NCBI GenBank assembly: GCA_963825865.1
Contig: CAWGVG010000022.1
Span: 1 to 64,000 of the forward strand
DNA: 64,000 nt
Reading direction: 5' to 3'
From: an uncultured Nitrososphaeraceae archaeon
Lineage (GTDB): Archaea > Thermoproteota > Nitrososphaeria > Nitrososphaerales > Nitrososphaeraceae
Position 1 is the stretch's first letter. Each line of letters starts with the position of its first letter. The position numbers were made by a program, and so were the translations under genes. Below, piece by piece: positions 22,706-34,576 of the stretch. Below the pieces are notes generated by a model. It did no database searches, was not told where the DNA came from, and was given only the letters and a program-made list of their open reading frames with translations.

Positions 22706-22950
22706 GGAAATATGATTGGATATATTTTATATAAAGATTTTATGCAATTTATGCATAATTCGAAGTCATAATACTATCATTAACTTCTTTATATCAGAAT
22801 ATTCAACTATTTTGAAAACTTGTCTTACTATATCAAACCTTAGCTTTTTGAATAGATTCTTAAAAATAAAAACTAGCTAATAGATACATCTCAAGCAGAT
22901 ATTAGTTATTTAATGAAACAACTAAAAGACACAGGAGCTTGTATGTGATA

Positions 22951-23205
22951 ATGATGATAGAATCTAATGATGCTATTAAGGCGGTAGAAATTATAGCTAA
23001 TAATCTAATCTCTGTTGCGAATAATAAGCAAAACTTTGAAAGACTTCCGGATATCTTTTGGGGGTATTTTGCAAGAGGACATGATAGCAAAGATAGGAAA
23101 TTTAGTGTAATAATCACATATTCTGAAAAAGAAGGAGACGTAGACGAATTAATCAAAATTTATGAGCATTGGGTTGCAAGCCAAAAGCAGCCAAAAGGTA
23201 GATAG
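22951..23205 (+). CDS. Hypothetical protein
   Basis: Clean ORF of about 85 aa. Confidence 0.5.
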   Translation: MMIESNDAIKAVEIIANNLISVANNKQNFERLPDIFWGYFARGHDSKDRKFSVIITYSEKEGDVDELIKIYEHWVASQKQPKGR

Positions 23206-23510
23206 ATTATTTATCACAAAAATGAATAAAGTATTATCAGATAAATGCTCTTTTCTAAAAAGTTAGAAATATGGATGAACAAAGAATTATTAGAGTCAAA
23301 GTATAGAGGCTGTATTAGAGTCAAAGGAAAGAATTTTGACTTGATACAAATAATACAGAGGAATTAGAACTCATTATACTTAATTTTTCCTTCTCCTACC
23401 CATTAATACAAATTTATAAAAAATAATAGCACCAATGTACGATGCGTATACAATTTATAGTGTGACCTACTATCATAGCATTTTATCCAATCTTGAAAAG
23501 AAGATTAGTC

Positions 23511-24196
23511 GGCTCTGTTCACTTAATGATTTGTAATTCTTTATTATGAAAGCCTACGAAAAGATTTAGCCAATTCTGTACATACTTTAGTTTACAATTC
23601 TTTTTTCTGCATGGAAAGTAATCATCATCAAAGCTTTCGGTTCTATCCTTAACATACTGCATAGTCCTTTCAATAATGCTTCTTTTCTCATAAGAGGAAT
23701 GAAGATGATGGATTATGTTCAAAAACTTACAAGCTGGTTGGTACCCAGATACCACCACCGTCTCTGTTGAGATGGGAGATGTTTGCCATGAATTTTGCAT
23801 AGTTTTGAAATAAACTTTTCTGCAACAAACATATTTCGTTCCAAGGATATACTAATTCCTAGAACCTCTTTTTTTGTTGGTTCTATGGCAATCCATAACC
23901 AAATATAGTTAAATCCAACCTTGATGATGATGGTCTCATCAATTATATATGCCTCAATTTTTTTTCTTTTACTTGCTATTTTTTCTGGTTTGTATCTTTG
24001 TATCCAATTCCAGATAGAAACATGATTTCGTTTTATAAGGTAAGATAATCTTTCAGATGCTCTTCTTAGTGATAGACCTGAAAAATACAAGTATAAGCCG
24101 TGGCATATATGTACTCTGAATGTGTTCTTTTTCTGATATCCGTAGTGTAAATAGAGCATCGTTAAGCTATAGATGTTCTGTTAAATGAACAGAGCC
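23511..24196 (-). mobile_element. IS6-family insertion sequence, transposase frameshifted
   Basis: TIRs GGCTCTGTTCACTTAA (23511) and TTAAATGAACAGAGCC (24181-24196), 15/16; flanks AGATTAGTC / AGATTAGCC; protein LYFSGLSLR, HVSIWNW, IDET, WLWIAIEP, IERTMQYVKDRTESFDD. Confidence 0.9.
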
Positions 24197-24235
24197 AGAT
24201 TAGCCAATACATCACTTAAATACTAAGGACTTTAT

Positions 24236-24661
24236 ATGAAACAACAATGTATGGGAGATATGACATTAAATCATAAATCAGTATTAGTACTTGACGATGA
24301 ATTTGATATTGTTGCCCTCATCAAACAGTCACTACAAAAAGCAGGTTTACATGTTTACGCTTTCACAGATCCATTATTGGCATTAGAACATTTTAAATTA
24401 AATTGCAAGCATTACATTTTAGTTCTTTCTGATGTAAGGATGCCAGGAATGGATGGATTTGAATTTGTAAGAAAACTGAAGGAAATAAATTCTACAACCA
24501 AGGTTTTGCTTATGTCCGCATTTGAAATTAATAGTAATGAATTATCAACAGCTTTGGGTTCAGTAAAGATAAATGGTTTTATACAAAAGCCACTCTCTCT
24601 GACGGAATTAAATAGTATAATTCGAAGTCTTATTGCTAATGAAATTAAAACTAGTGTATGA
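24236..24661 (+). CDS. Single-domain response regulator (receiver)
   Basis: LVLDDE, LSDVRMPGMDG, LMSA, IQKP. Confidence 0.92.
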   Translation: MKQQCMGDMTLNHKSVLVLDDEFDIVALIKQSLQKAGLHVYAFTDPLLALEHFKLNCKHYILVLSDVRMPGMDGFEFVRKLKEINSTTKVLLMSAFEINSNELSTALGSVKINGFIQKPLSLTELNSIIRSLIANEIKTSV

Positions 24662-24689
24662 AATCATAAAAATTAACGTTGTTTAAGTA

Positions 24690-25733
24690 GAATCTCTTGT
24701 GTAATTAGAAGCTTAGAGCTATATTCCTCTTCACATAGGATATCTATCTGACAAGCTCTTTGATGTCCTATAGCAAATTATGTAAGAAACCTTTGATATT
24801 CAGGTCATTTACCGGAGTAACTGTATCTGAATTTGAATCCATTTGTAACGAAATTGAACATAACTACGAAGAGCACGAAAGAAGACGTCTTCTATCAAGG
24901 ATGAGAATACGGGATATAGGTGCTGGTAGACCATTTAAGCTTAAAGTTAAAGAAAGATTCGTTATGCTTCTAGTATACTACAGATTATACATTACATATA
25001 CATTATCAGGATTTCTGTTTGACCTTGATCAAAGCAATGTTTGTAGAGATATATCAATGATGGAACCACTTATCAAGGAGTGTATTCCATTGCCAAAGAA
25101 GATATACAAACGTCCTAGGAGATTAAGAACTATAGATGAAGTAGAAGAGTACTTTCCTGGATTCAAGGCTTTCATAGACTCTACAGAACAAGAAATTCCA
25201 AGACCTAAGAACAAAAGAAGAAGGAAGAGTTACTATTCAGGTAGAAAGAAGAAACATACTGTCAAGACACAATTGATGGTAAACATGAAGGATTGATACT
25301 GCATAAGACAGGTCACAGAAGTGGAAGAAAACATGATTATGACATTTACAAACACAATCATTCTATAACTCCATCACAAGTTGAAAACATAGTTGATCTT
25401 GGTTATCTTGGCATTGAAAAGGACTTTCCCATGTAAAGTCTGTACTTGGTATCAAAAAGAAAAAGGGTACATTGCTTTCATGTGATGAAAGAACTTACAA
25501 CAAGAATCATTCTAGGCTAAGGATCATAGTAGAACATACCATATGTAAGATCAAAAAGTTTGGAATAATGGGTACTAAATTTAGAAACAGATTAAGGAAG
25601 TACAATAACGTATCTGATATAATATCCGGTCTCCTGAACTTCAGAGTTATACAGTCTGACAGCATTTCAATCTAAGAAGACGGCTAAAACAAGTAGGGTG
25701 TTAGACTATAGCTCCCTAATTACGCAAGAGATC
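24690..25733 (+). mobile_element. IS5-family (ISL2-like, HTH_Tnp_4 plus DDE_Tnp_4) element, transposase frameshifted
   Basis: Ends GAATCTCTTGTGTAATTAG and CTAATTACGCAAGAGATC, each flanked by TA; protein FRSFTG, GAGRPFKL, IDSTEQEIPRP, YYSGRKKKHTVK, DLGYLG, RIIVEH. Confidence 0.9.
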
Positions 25734-26300
25734 TAGTATACTAAAAATCAATTAAGCAGTCGATCAATTAGGGAAACAATCAAAAAAAGGCAGCCTGTAA
25801 GACATTTAGATAATTAATTAGGAATAGAGCTTTTTGATTATATAGATTTAACTAATCAAAGATCTTGAAGTCTTCTATTTTCGAAGAATTATCTTATTCT
25901 TAGTCTATACAACTATTAACCAGGGATACAGAAAGTAGGGGAGCTGGTTATTCCCTTACTTTTTTACTATTATTGCCGATAGCATTATGTTTCTGTTGCA
26001 TAAGGTTGTATTTTGAAACATTCTAAACAAGATTATGAAGAACGTCCTAGATAGTTATACTGTAGAAAAAAGGCTAGACCAGAAAAAGGCTCCCACACTA
26101 ATTAATCTGGGTCAGCAATAGTATATCTACAAACTATCATTGAATATACCTGTTAATAGGCTGGCTGCCAGTTAGTGTTTGACTCCAATATGTTGATATC
26201 AAAAAAAGAAAAAGGTTGTTGGCCTATTAAAAGGTCAAACGGAAACTTACTGTGACTTAATGAAATTATATGATAAAAAGGTTAATTGACTATTTTTCTT

Positions 26301-26856
26301 TTAGGGAAAAGGTAAAGGTAGATCGAAAGGCGTTGTATCTTTTGCAGGATGATGAGTCTCTTTAGGTGTGCAGGTAATAATATCATCACTACTACATTTG
26401 TTGTGATCAGCAGCAGCAACAACAGCAGTAGTAGTAGTAGCATTTGCTTGTTGCGATAATACTGCAGGTAATGTACCTGGCTTTAATGTAACAGTAGTAG
26501 TACCTGGAGATTGTGCACCTGGAAAAGAGCTTTGAGGCGATACATTACTGTCGCTTGCACTACTCATAAAATCTTTTGCAAAAATAGTTCCAACAATGTC
26601 ATTTATTACATGTTTTATATTTGTCAATGTAGCTGATGATTGTGGTTGTAATATTGGCAGCGATATTTGAGTAGTAGATATAATTCCCTCTTGTGAACAG
26701 GATGCATTGTTGTCTGGATGAGTACATGTCAGGTTTTGTGGTTGTGGTGCAAATGATGATGATGTTGCTGCCTCCTGCTAATGTTCCTGTTGTAAAGATA
26801 AGAACAACTACCATTACTATTGCTGCGAGAGCTCTTATAGTAGTCGCGTTGTTCAT
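26301..26856 (-). CDS. Secreted low-complexity protein, frameshifted
   Basis: Signal peptide MNNATTIRALAAIVMVVVL; C-terminus KDTTPFDLPLPFP. Confidence 0.55.
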
Positions 26857-27272
26857 ATATCATCAAACAATACATCTATATATTTGACTTGGGTAAGTTA
26901 ATTTTGACTTATCTAGTATATTTATTTAGAATATCAAATCAATTGAAATTATTCATTTAACTAATAATACTGTAATATGACAATGTGTTATTACTAAATA
27001 ATAGAGTGTGAAGAATATGATTTGAGAAATTAATATTCTATATGAATGTGCGATTCTATCTAGTAATTGTACTTTTTAATTTAATAGATGTATTGTTCTA
27101 ATATATAAACAGAAAAGTTAAGCAATATTTCCTATACCTCTTTCATTTTAAATTTGTTTATTGTATTGTATTTTTTATAAACAAAATAAAATGGAATAGG
27201 CTTCTTAGTCCTTCTCTTAGTCCATTTTGATTAATTAGCTTAGTGATCCTGCCTGCGATCCACTTTATACTA

Positions 27273-27701
27273 TTAATCGCCTGTGCCGTTACCCTGGCCA
27301 CTGCCACCGCCGTCTCCATCAGTAGTGTCAGTTGAGTTAGTTTCGCTGCCTTCACTTACACAGATTGAGGTTGGATGGGTACATATCAGGTTTTGTACTT
27401 CTTGTTCTAGTGTGTTATCAAATCCACTCGCTATGCCGTGTTGTTTGGCTGCCTGGACGGTAAGTGTGTTACCGTTCTCGTAACTTCCATTAGCATGCCT
27501 TCCTTTCTTGTAGGTATTTTCTCCTCCTTTCTTGTAAGTATTTTTCTTATAGGAGTCTTGTTTCTCTTTCTTGTAACCATCTTGTCCTCCTTTCTTCTAT
27601 GCAAATACTGAATGTGCTGTTGTCATTGCTGCGGATGTTCCGCCTACTACTAATGCTGCTATTAAGACAACAACTATTGCTAGAGTTTTCGTGTTGTTCA
27701 T
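27273..27701 (-). CDS. Secreted repeat protein (YKK repeats, ICTHP..C motif, Gly-rich tail), frameshifted
   Basis: MNNTKTLAIVVVLIAALVVGG signal; YKKEKQDSYKKNTYKKGGENTYKK; EQEVQNLICTHPTSICVSEG. Confidence 0.6.
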
Positions 27702-28544
27702 AATATTCGTTACCAAGCATTGTGATCATTCTATATATTTGACTTAGAGCCTATCTTAGCTAAGTAAGTTAGTACTATTTGTTATTGCTGACTTATCTAA
27801 ATTATTGATGATATTAAAAGAGGTGAAGTTACTCATTTAGTACATGATAATAACATTTCTTATAACTAAATGATAATAAATAAAATGAATAAATATAGTT
27901 AGTATTATGGCATCAACAGTCAGTTTGTTGTTTCTGAATGCCTATGTACAACGATACGTATATATAATATATATAGAGAGCAAAGTGGCACGTCACACCG
28001 CTGCTCATGTTCCAATTCCCTTAATGGTGGGTTCTTTAATGACCATTTTGGTTTTAGACATTCACATAAATTTTGTTTATGGCTATAGAATTGGCTACCG
28101 TGTATAATGGATCTATATGGAGTGTATATCTCTATTAGATTAGGTGACAAAAAGGAGAAAAATGATAGCAATGAAAACAAACAAACAACAATTGGTAATG
28201 CTAATGTTACTTGTAATACCGACCACTCTAAATATAGTAATGGCTGGTATCCTAGCCAGATTCAAGCGGCAGGACAATCCACATTCCCATAATTAGAGTG
28301 AGAAAAAAATGATAAATGACAAAAAGCTCGCCAACGGTGTCAATGATAACGAACAGTCTAAAAAGGTTAGTTGGTGGATAAACGAACTAGATTCGCTTGG
28401 AATTGAAAAAAGTAGCAGTAGCAATGATAATAAAAGTGAATCAAAAGATAGTCAAAAACTTGAGGATCTTACTGATAATATAAAACAAGCCTTCATTCAT
28501 GATTATAAAATCTGCTATAGTGATAATATACAAAGGTAGCCAAA

Positions 28545-28703
28545 ATGAAAGGAATGTCACAAGATGAGCGTAGAGGTTTTAACAAGTACAAACTCAACTA
28601 CCGGGCTGGTATGTACGAGCATTGGAAATGCGAAAAATGTGATAACCTGTTTTGGACATCGAAAGAATTAAGGCAGCATAAGCAAAAATATCACGCATAC
28701 TAG
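28545..28703 (+). CDS. 52-aa C2H2 zinc-finger protein
   Basis: CEKCDNLFWTSKELRQHKQKYH fits C-x2-C-x3-F-x5-L-x2-H-x4-H; below ORF-track cutoff. Confidence 0.8.
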   Translation: MKGMSQDERRGFNKYKLNYRAGMYEHWKCEKCDNLFWTSKELRQHKQKYHAY

Positions 28704-28872
28704 TAGTAGCAATGACGGCTCTAGGGATGAAGGGTTAAAGACAATTATTCAATTTTTAGTATAAAATGTTTTTCTTAAATAACAGTAAAGAAATTAGACA
28801 AGCTATTTGAATATAGATTATATTGAGAAAGATAGAATTTCATAAATATAGATTTCATTGAATATACACTAA

Positions 28873-29565
28873 ATGCCGCCATTTGGTTTTAAAAAAAAGG
28901 AATCAACACCATCTTTTACAACAAATATAACAGATAAGGATGACCTAGATGAAATTAAAAAAATAGCAGAAATGTTAAATCCAAATGAAGAGGTATTTGT
29001 TGTTGCAAGGCAATCCAGATTAAAGCCAGGTGGGTCTCATTTTACTCCTAATATTGTTTTTGCTACGGATAGGAGAATCATAATCAAAGACCCAAGTATG
29101 CTTGGAATGCGTGAAGAGGTAGTGGATATCCCATATGATATGATTACTAGCATTAGATTATACAAGGGAGTATTATCATCTAATGTTATTTTTAGAGCTC
29201 CAGGACTGAGGAGTACAGGTCGTCTAGGGATGATAGAAAAGTTAACTGGTAATGAATATGGCGATAGTGAAGATACAGTAATAACTGCGATTCCAAAGGA
29301 TAAGGCCCAAGACTTAGTTGAAGTAATAAGAAATGGTATGGATAGACAAAGAGAAGTGTATCAGCAACAGCCTCAGCCCCAACAACAGATTCAGCCGACG
29401 ACGACGCCACAACATATACATGTAGATGCAACTAGCAGCAATAATAATAATCCAACAATATCAACTGCTGACGAATTAGTAAAACTTGCTAAACTGAAAG
29501 AACAAGGAGTAATAACAGAATCTGAATTTGTGCAAATGAAGCAAGATCTAATTAGGCGAAATTAG
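28873..29565 (+). CDS. Bacterial-type PH domain protein with C-terminal SHOCT domain
   Basis: LNPNEEV...FATDRRIII...IPYDMITSI; ADELVKLAKLKEQGVITESEFVQMKQDLI. Confidence 0.85.
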   Translation: MPPFGFKKKESTPSFTTNITDKDDLDEIKKIAEMLNPNEEVFVVARQSRLKPGGSHFTPNIVFATDRRIIIKDPSMLGMREEVVDIPYDMITSIRLYKGVLSSNVIFRAPGLRSTGRLGMIEKLTGNEYGDSEDTVITAIPKDKAQDLVEVIRNGMDRQREVYQQQPQPQQQIQPTTTPQHIHVDATSSNNNNPTISTADELVKLAKLKEQGVITESEFVQMKQDLIRRN

Positions 29566-30304
29566 AATCAAGAATATAATAGATATAGCAATAAAAAGTA
29601 AAAAACAGGATTAAATAAAGATATATTGTAAACATAAAAAAGACTCAAAAATGATAACAAACCTAGTCATAGCTTGCCTATATATAATCAATAATCAGAT
29701 TATTGTTTCAAAATGATTATTTATAGATTTACATTAATCATCCAAATGCAGCTGCACTAAGCATGGCTTTTTGCCTTACCGCAAAACAAAAGAAAAAAGA
29801 TGACGAGCAAAATAATTGTATAGGATCGAACGTTGGTGAAGCTGCAAGACGCATTGCTGGTGGTCCCTTTCGAGCGGTGCCAGGTATGTCTGGTTTTATC
29901 AAGTGTTTTCAAAAATGAACAATGGTGTGAATAAAAAACCAAGTATTCCTATGATTTCACATCCATTTATAATTCTGTTCTTTTTGTTAATAATCTGTTC
30001 ATTACCAATTGTCAGCAGTTTAGACATACTGCAAAAAGTAATGGCACAGACTAATACAACTACTACATCTTCAACTGAAGGAGCAAAAGTGCTTGTAGAT
30101 GATGACCTCAAATCTTCTTTTGTTATTATTGTCATTACTTTCAACATTACCATGATGATACTCTTCTAAACCTGATTTGAAGGTCAAGTTGTATCGTATT
30201 ATCGTCTACAACTAGCTGCACATACGATGTGATATAACCCCACGTGACTAAAAACCACATATTCTTCTGTAACCACTAAATAATATTTTTTCTATTTAAG
30301 GTAT

Positions 30305-30736
30305 ATGAGTCTAGATAGTCTAGCAGGCATGTTTTCCCAGCGCACTGGAGCACAACAATCCATGTCAGGTTCTATAATGAATGCAATTATCGGGTATCTT
30401 ATGCAAAATATGATGCAAAAAGGATTAAGCTCCTTTTTAGGAGGCGGCGGAGGCGGAAGCGATGCAGGCGGATTAAAGTCAGCTTTGTCAAGTCTTGGCG
30501 GCGGTCTAAATCGGGACCACGCATTAGTGCAACATGTACAACAAAACACTGGTATTCAAGATCCAGATCAAGTCACACAATATACACGGCATGGGGTAAA
30601 TTTATTAAATGAACAAGCAAATAGTAATCCACAAGGATTACAATCATTGTTAGGTAACTTTCTGGGCAATAGCGGCGGCGGAAGTAATCAACAACAAGGT
30701 AAAGGTGGATTGTTAGGCGATATACTTGGAGGATAA
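30305..30736 (+). CDS. Gly-rich DUF937/YidB-like hypothetical protein
   Basis: 143-aa ORF, Gly-rich amphipathic helices, ends GGLLGDILGG; T-rich terminator-like tract follows. Confidence 0.55.
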   Translation: MSLDSLAGMFSQRTGAQQSMSGSIMNAIIGYLMQNMMQKGLSSFLGGGGGGSDAGGLKSALSSLGGGLNRDHALVQHVQQNTGIQDPDQVTQYTRHGVNLLNEQANSNPQGLQSLLGNFLGNSGGGSNQQQGKGGLLGDILGG

Positions 30737-30860
30737 CCTTTTTTTATTTTCTTAATTATAATGTTTTGCTGTTAATGAAAACCTGTCAATGATAGTTAAT
30801 TCCCCCAATATTTTCTGGTCTAAGCAATAATCCTTATTAGAATCATTCTCGTAATAATTC

Positions 30861-31220
30861 ATGACTATGGATTATGGCAAGCTGTCTAAAGATATCTTAA
30901 ACTTAGATCCAAAGGTTCGTTTTGCTGGAATATGTGATGATACTGGTGAAATTAAGTATGGAGGCCAGCGTGAAGGTATACAGAATCTTCTCTCTGCAGA
31001 TGAAACCAAAAAATCAAATCTGCAAGCATTAGCTAGATGGGGTTTACGCAACTCGCTCGCTCCTAAGACTGGCAAAGGACGATATGCTATGGCAGAGTAT
31101 GAAAAGATAAAGCGTATAACAGTCCCATTAGAAAATGATCATTTACTTTTAATAACAACTGAGGTAGAAGCAGATCATGTAAAGGTTATAGATAGTGTTC
31201 TTAACATGCTCAGGACTTAG
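30861..31220 (+). CDS. Roadblock-like (DUF6659-type) protein
   Basis: ILNLDPKVRFAGI...GGQREGIQNLL...YAMAEYEKIKRITVP. Confidence 0.7.
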   Translation: MTMDYGKLSKDILNLDPKVRFAGICDDTGEIKYGGQREGIQNLLSADETKKSNLQALARWGLRNSLAPKTGKGRYAMAEYEKIKRITVPLENDHLLLITTEVEADHVKVIDSVLNMLRT

Positions 31221-31266
31221 TAAAGTGGGCCATATTACAAGTTATGGTATAAAAATAAAAATATTG

Positions 31267-31656
31267 CTAGTGTTTATGCTCCCGTTGATCATGCGACGCT
31301 CCTCTTCCTGTTGGGGTTCCGGTATAATCACCTGTCACCTCTAAAACATCTTCAGAATTGCATATTTCCTTAAGTATTTCCAAAGTTAGTCTTTGGTTAG
31401 TTACATAATGAGTGCCGCTATCATATATAGCAGGAAGCATTCCAGTATTATCAAATATGCGATTCTTCATTGCGTCAGAATCTGTTTTCGGCTTTGTAAA
31501 TATTTCAACCATATAAAAAGGTGGATTTTTAGGATTCTCTTGTTCACGTATCAGTAAATCATGAATAAGGACAGGATCTACCTTTGGAAGATATGTCTCA
31601 TATAAGGTTTGCAATCCCTGAAAAACTCTCCTTATCTCCTTTAACTCGTTAGACAT
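31267..31656 (-). CDS. Hypothetical protein
   Basis: Clean 129-aa ORF. Confidence 0.6.
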   Translation of the reverse strand: MSNELKEIRRVFQGLQTLYETYLPKVDPVLIHDLLIREQENPKNPPFYMVEIFTKPKTDSDAMKNRIFDNTGMLPAIYDSGTHYVTNQRLTLEILKEICNSEDVLEVTGDYTGTPTGRGASHDQREHKH

Positions 31657-32110
31657 ATATGATCGTTATAATGGCATGTTGATTGTATAAGCATTTCTTC
31701 CTTATTGCCTTATGCATGAGTAAATATGCTAGTATTGTTATAGGGTTGTGCTGTTATTGTTGTGATAGCTGCTGCATTAAAAGGACAAGTCCATCTAGTA
31801 CTAACGTTATTAACTGCTTTCAGAGGATAATAAGCAATAAACATTTTTGTACCATTGAATACTTCCAAACTAGAGCCATTTCTGCACCTATTATTGCATG
31901 CTTGAAGCTTGAGGAATTTACCTTGTAAAATTTAGTACTGTTATATGATATGTATTGGAAAGTCCCACCCATAAGGTTGAAAGTTTGACCTCAACTACAG
32001 ATCAGACACAACTTAACACAATTGCAAAGTCACTCACAAAATCAGGAATCTTAAAACCTAAAATTAATAATAATAATGGCAATTAGGAATGATTGCCCAA
32101 CTTATGGATC

Positions 32111-32746
32111 TTATCTTATCGATCTAACCGCAGGGCTATTTATCACTATATTTGTCTTGGCAATTGTTAGCTCACTGTTTTTTCGAGCAGCCATTATTTC
32201 ATTAACAGATTTTAATTCCCTTGCAACAACAGTAGATGTAGAAGAATTAGAATTCCACTTTACAAAGTTTAGCTGAACTAGTGGAGTGTAATTTTTATCT
32301 CCAGGCAATGCACTTGCAACTGGAAGCTGGAATCCAAGGGATCCTTCTCCTCTAACGCCATTTATGAATTCATAACCTTGTTGACGAGTTGATTCCAGAG
32401 ACAACGCTAAAGCTGGGGCAAAATTTACTTTAAATCCTGGATTTTTGGTTATCGAAGCAGCAGTTTGATTATCAGATGCATCGGTTGCAATAAAAAATGC
32501 AATTTTACCATTTACATATCCTCTTGCTAGAAATAAAGATATAGAGTTTGGTGTATTTTTAGTATTTATAGTATTGTTGGTGGTAATAGTAGACGACGAT
32601 GAAGATATATTATTATTTTGGACTTGAGCAATACTATTTTGTTGTATCATAGAGGGCATGATTATTAGTATAGTGATTAATAGAAACGTTGCAGCTGTCG
32701 TTACAATTGACAATGCTACTGACCCTTTATTCTTTTTCTCTTTCAT
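32111..32746 (-). CDS. Secreted protein, DUF7482-like
   Basis: Signal peptide, Ser/Thr/Asn linker, GYVNGKIAFFIATDASD, GFQ..V, YTPL, VINSP. Confidence 0.6.
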   Translation of the reverse strand: MKEKKNKGSVALSIVTTAATFLLITILIIMPSMIQQNSIAQVQNNNISSSSSTITTNNTINTKNTPNSISLFLARGYVNGKIAFFIATDASDNQTAASITKNPGFKVNFAPALALSLESTRQQGYEFINGVRGEGSLGFQLPVASALPGDKNYTPLVQLNFVKWNSNSSTSTVVARELKSVNEIMAARKNSELTIAKTNIVINSPAVRSIR

Positions 32747-33059
32747 CTTGAATATAAGAGAGTAGCACAAATTTATAAATAATTAATGAGAATAAATACA
32801 ACTCTACAAGTTTAACTCGTTATAGATTTGCATCGTACTTCATAGGTTATTTCCAAACTGTTTCTGACATTTGGCCTAGGATTACGTGTTAAAGTAGTAC
32901 AATCTATTATCATTTCATTTGCCATCTTGGTTATTGTAGGGTATTCAGCTATTGATAGTCCAACAAGAAGAGTAAATTGTGTTATAGCTAGCTACTTTTC
33001 TCAAAAGGATTGCTCAAACTTTGATTGCTTATATTCTATTATGTACAACCGATTAATAT

Positions 33060-33567
33060 ATGAACAACAAGATATTGGTTTCAATAGCAATGCCTAATGA
33101 AAAGGATTTAGAAGTTATGAATGAATCTGTAAAAACATTGGGATCGTTCGGAGTGTCATATGAGGTAATGGTAATCTCTGCTCATCGAATCCCCGGAACA
33201 AATGATTGAATACGCCAAGAATGCAAAAGATAGAGGTATTGAAGTTATTATAGCGGCAGCAAGCGGTGCTGCACATTTACCTGGGATGATTGCTGCATTT
33301 ACAACATTACCTGTAATTGCTGTACCTTTAAGGTCGTCTCTTCTTGATGGATTGGATTCGGTTCTTTCTATACTACAGATGCCAAATGGGGTTCCTGTTG
33401 CTACAGTGTCAGTTAATGGCGCTAGGAATGCAGCGATCCTCGCTTGTCAAATCATAAGTTTGCACAATGAAAACATTAGACATCAATTTGATAAGTTAAA
33501 AACGAGTTTGGCCATAGAAGTCCAAGAACAAGCAGAGAAGGTTAAATCAAAATCGTCAATTGTATAA
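33060..33567 (+). CDS. purE: PurE-family N5-CAIR mutase, divergent, frameshifted
   Basis: [52 protein letters not shown]. Confidence 0.85.
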
Positions 33568-33793
33568 TACAATATTGTTTGGTGCATTAGATCCCAAGTC
33601 GCAGTAACATTTCTTTGGATTTTTTTTGATATACTCACCCTACACTAATCGAGGAAATCATCCCTTTTGAGATTTTGTAATTAACTTCATATATCCGAGC
33701 AATCTGTTTTATGATATATGCAATTTTTCATTTTTTATATAGATTAAACTTAAAAAGTTTAGTCAAACATATACTTTAGGAAATGAATATCAA

Positions 33794-34573
33794 ATGATTC
33801 CAGATGACGGCAAACCGATCTTATGGAAAGAGCTGAGTTGGAAGGATGTAGACAAATTTACAAAGACCATGAAGATGGCTATTATTCCAACAGCAGCATG
33901 TGAACAGCATGGTCCACATTTACCATTAGCGGTTGATACAATTGATTGTTATGAGGTGGCAAAGAGAGTTTCTGCAAAAACTGGAGTTCCAGTAGTCCCC
34001 GCCATTGTTGTATGGTTGCTCTCAGAGTCATGGTGCCTTTCAGGAACATTGTCAATCAGGCCCGAAACTATGATCATGACAATCTGTGAAATTGCAGAAT
34101 GGCTTTACAGGAGCAAGATTCGAAAATGATATGGCCGGTCCAATATATTAGCTAGGGAGAACCTGCGTTACGATTTTCCAGACCTTCAAGTAAGAATACG
34201 AAACTGGTGGGCAGCAAACAATGTCTAAACTTGTGGAAAATTGTCCCGTTTTTCCTTCATACATACATGCAACATTGCTGAAACAAGATGCGTATTAGCA
34301 ACAAGACCGGATTTAATAGACATGAAACAAGCAGTTGATGAGGACGACTATGAAACATTCTTTGAATACAGAATGGATCAATATTCAAAATCTGGGGTAG
34401 TAGGCAGAGGTGCAACTAAAGCAACGTCTGAACTGGGAGAAAAACTCTTGGGCATGGTCGTAAAAGAGCTCGTTTCTATTATCCAAAAAGCTCTTAACGA
34501 GGTAAAACCAAAACAGCGGCACCGCAACAACAATAGCAAGAGCAGTAACGTCACAAAAAAAAGTGAGCAATGA
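33794..34573 (+). CDS. Creatininase (creatinine amidohydrolase) family protein, frameshifted
   Basis: ELSWKDV, EQHGPHLPLAVDT, GTLSIRPET, H..IAET, SKSGVVG...AT.ELGEK. Confidence 0.85.
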
Positions 34574-34576
34574 AAG

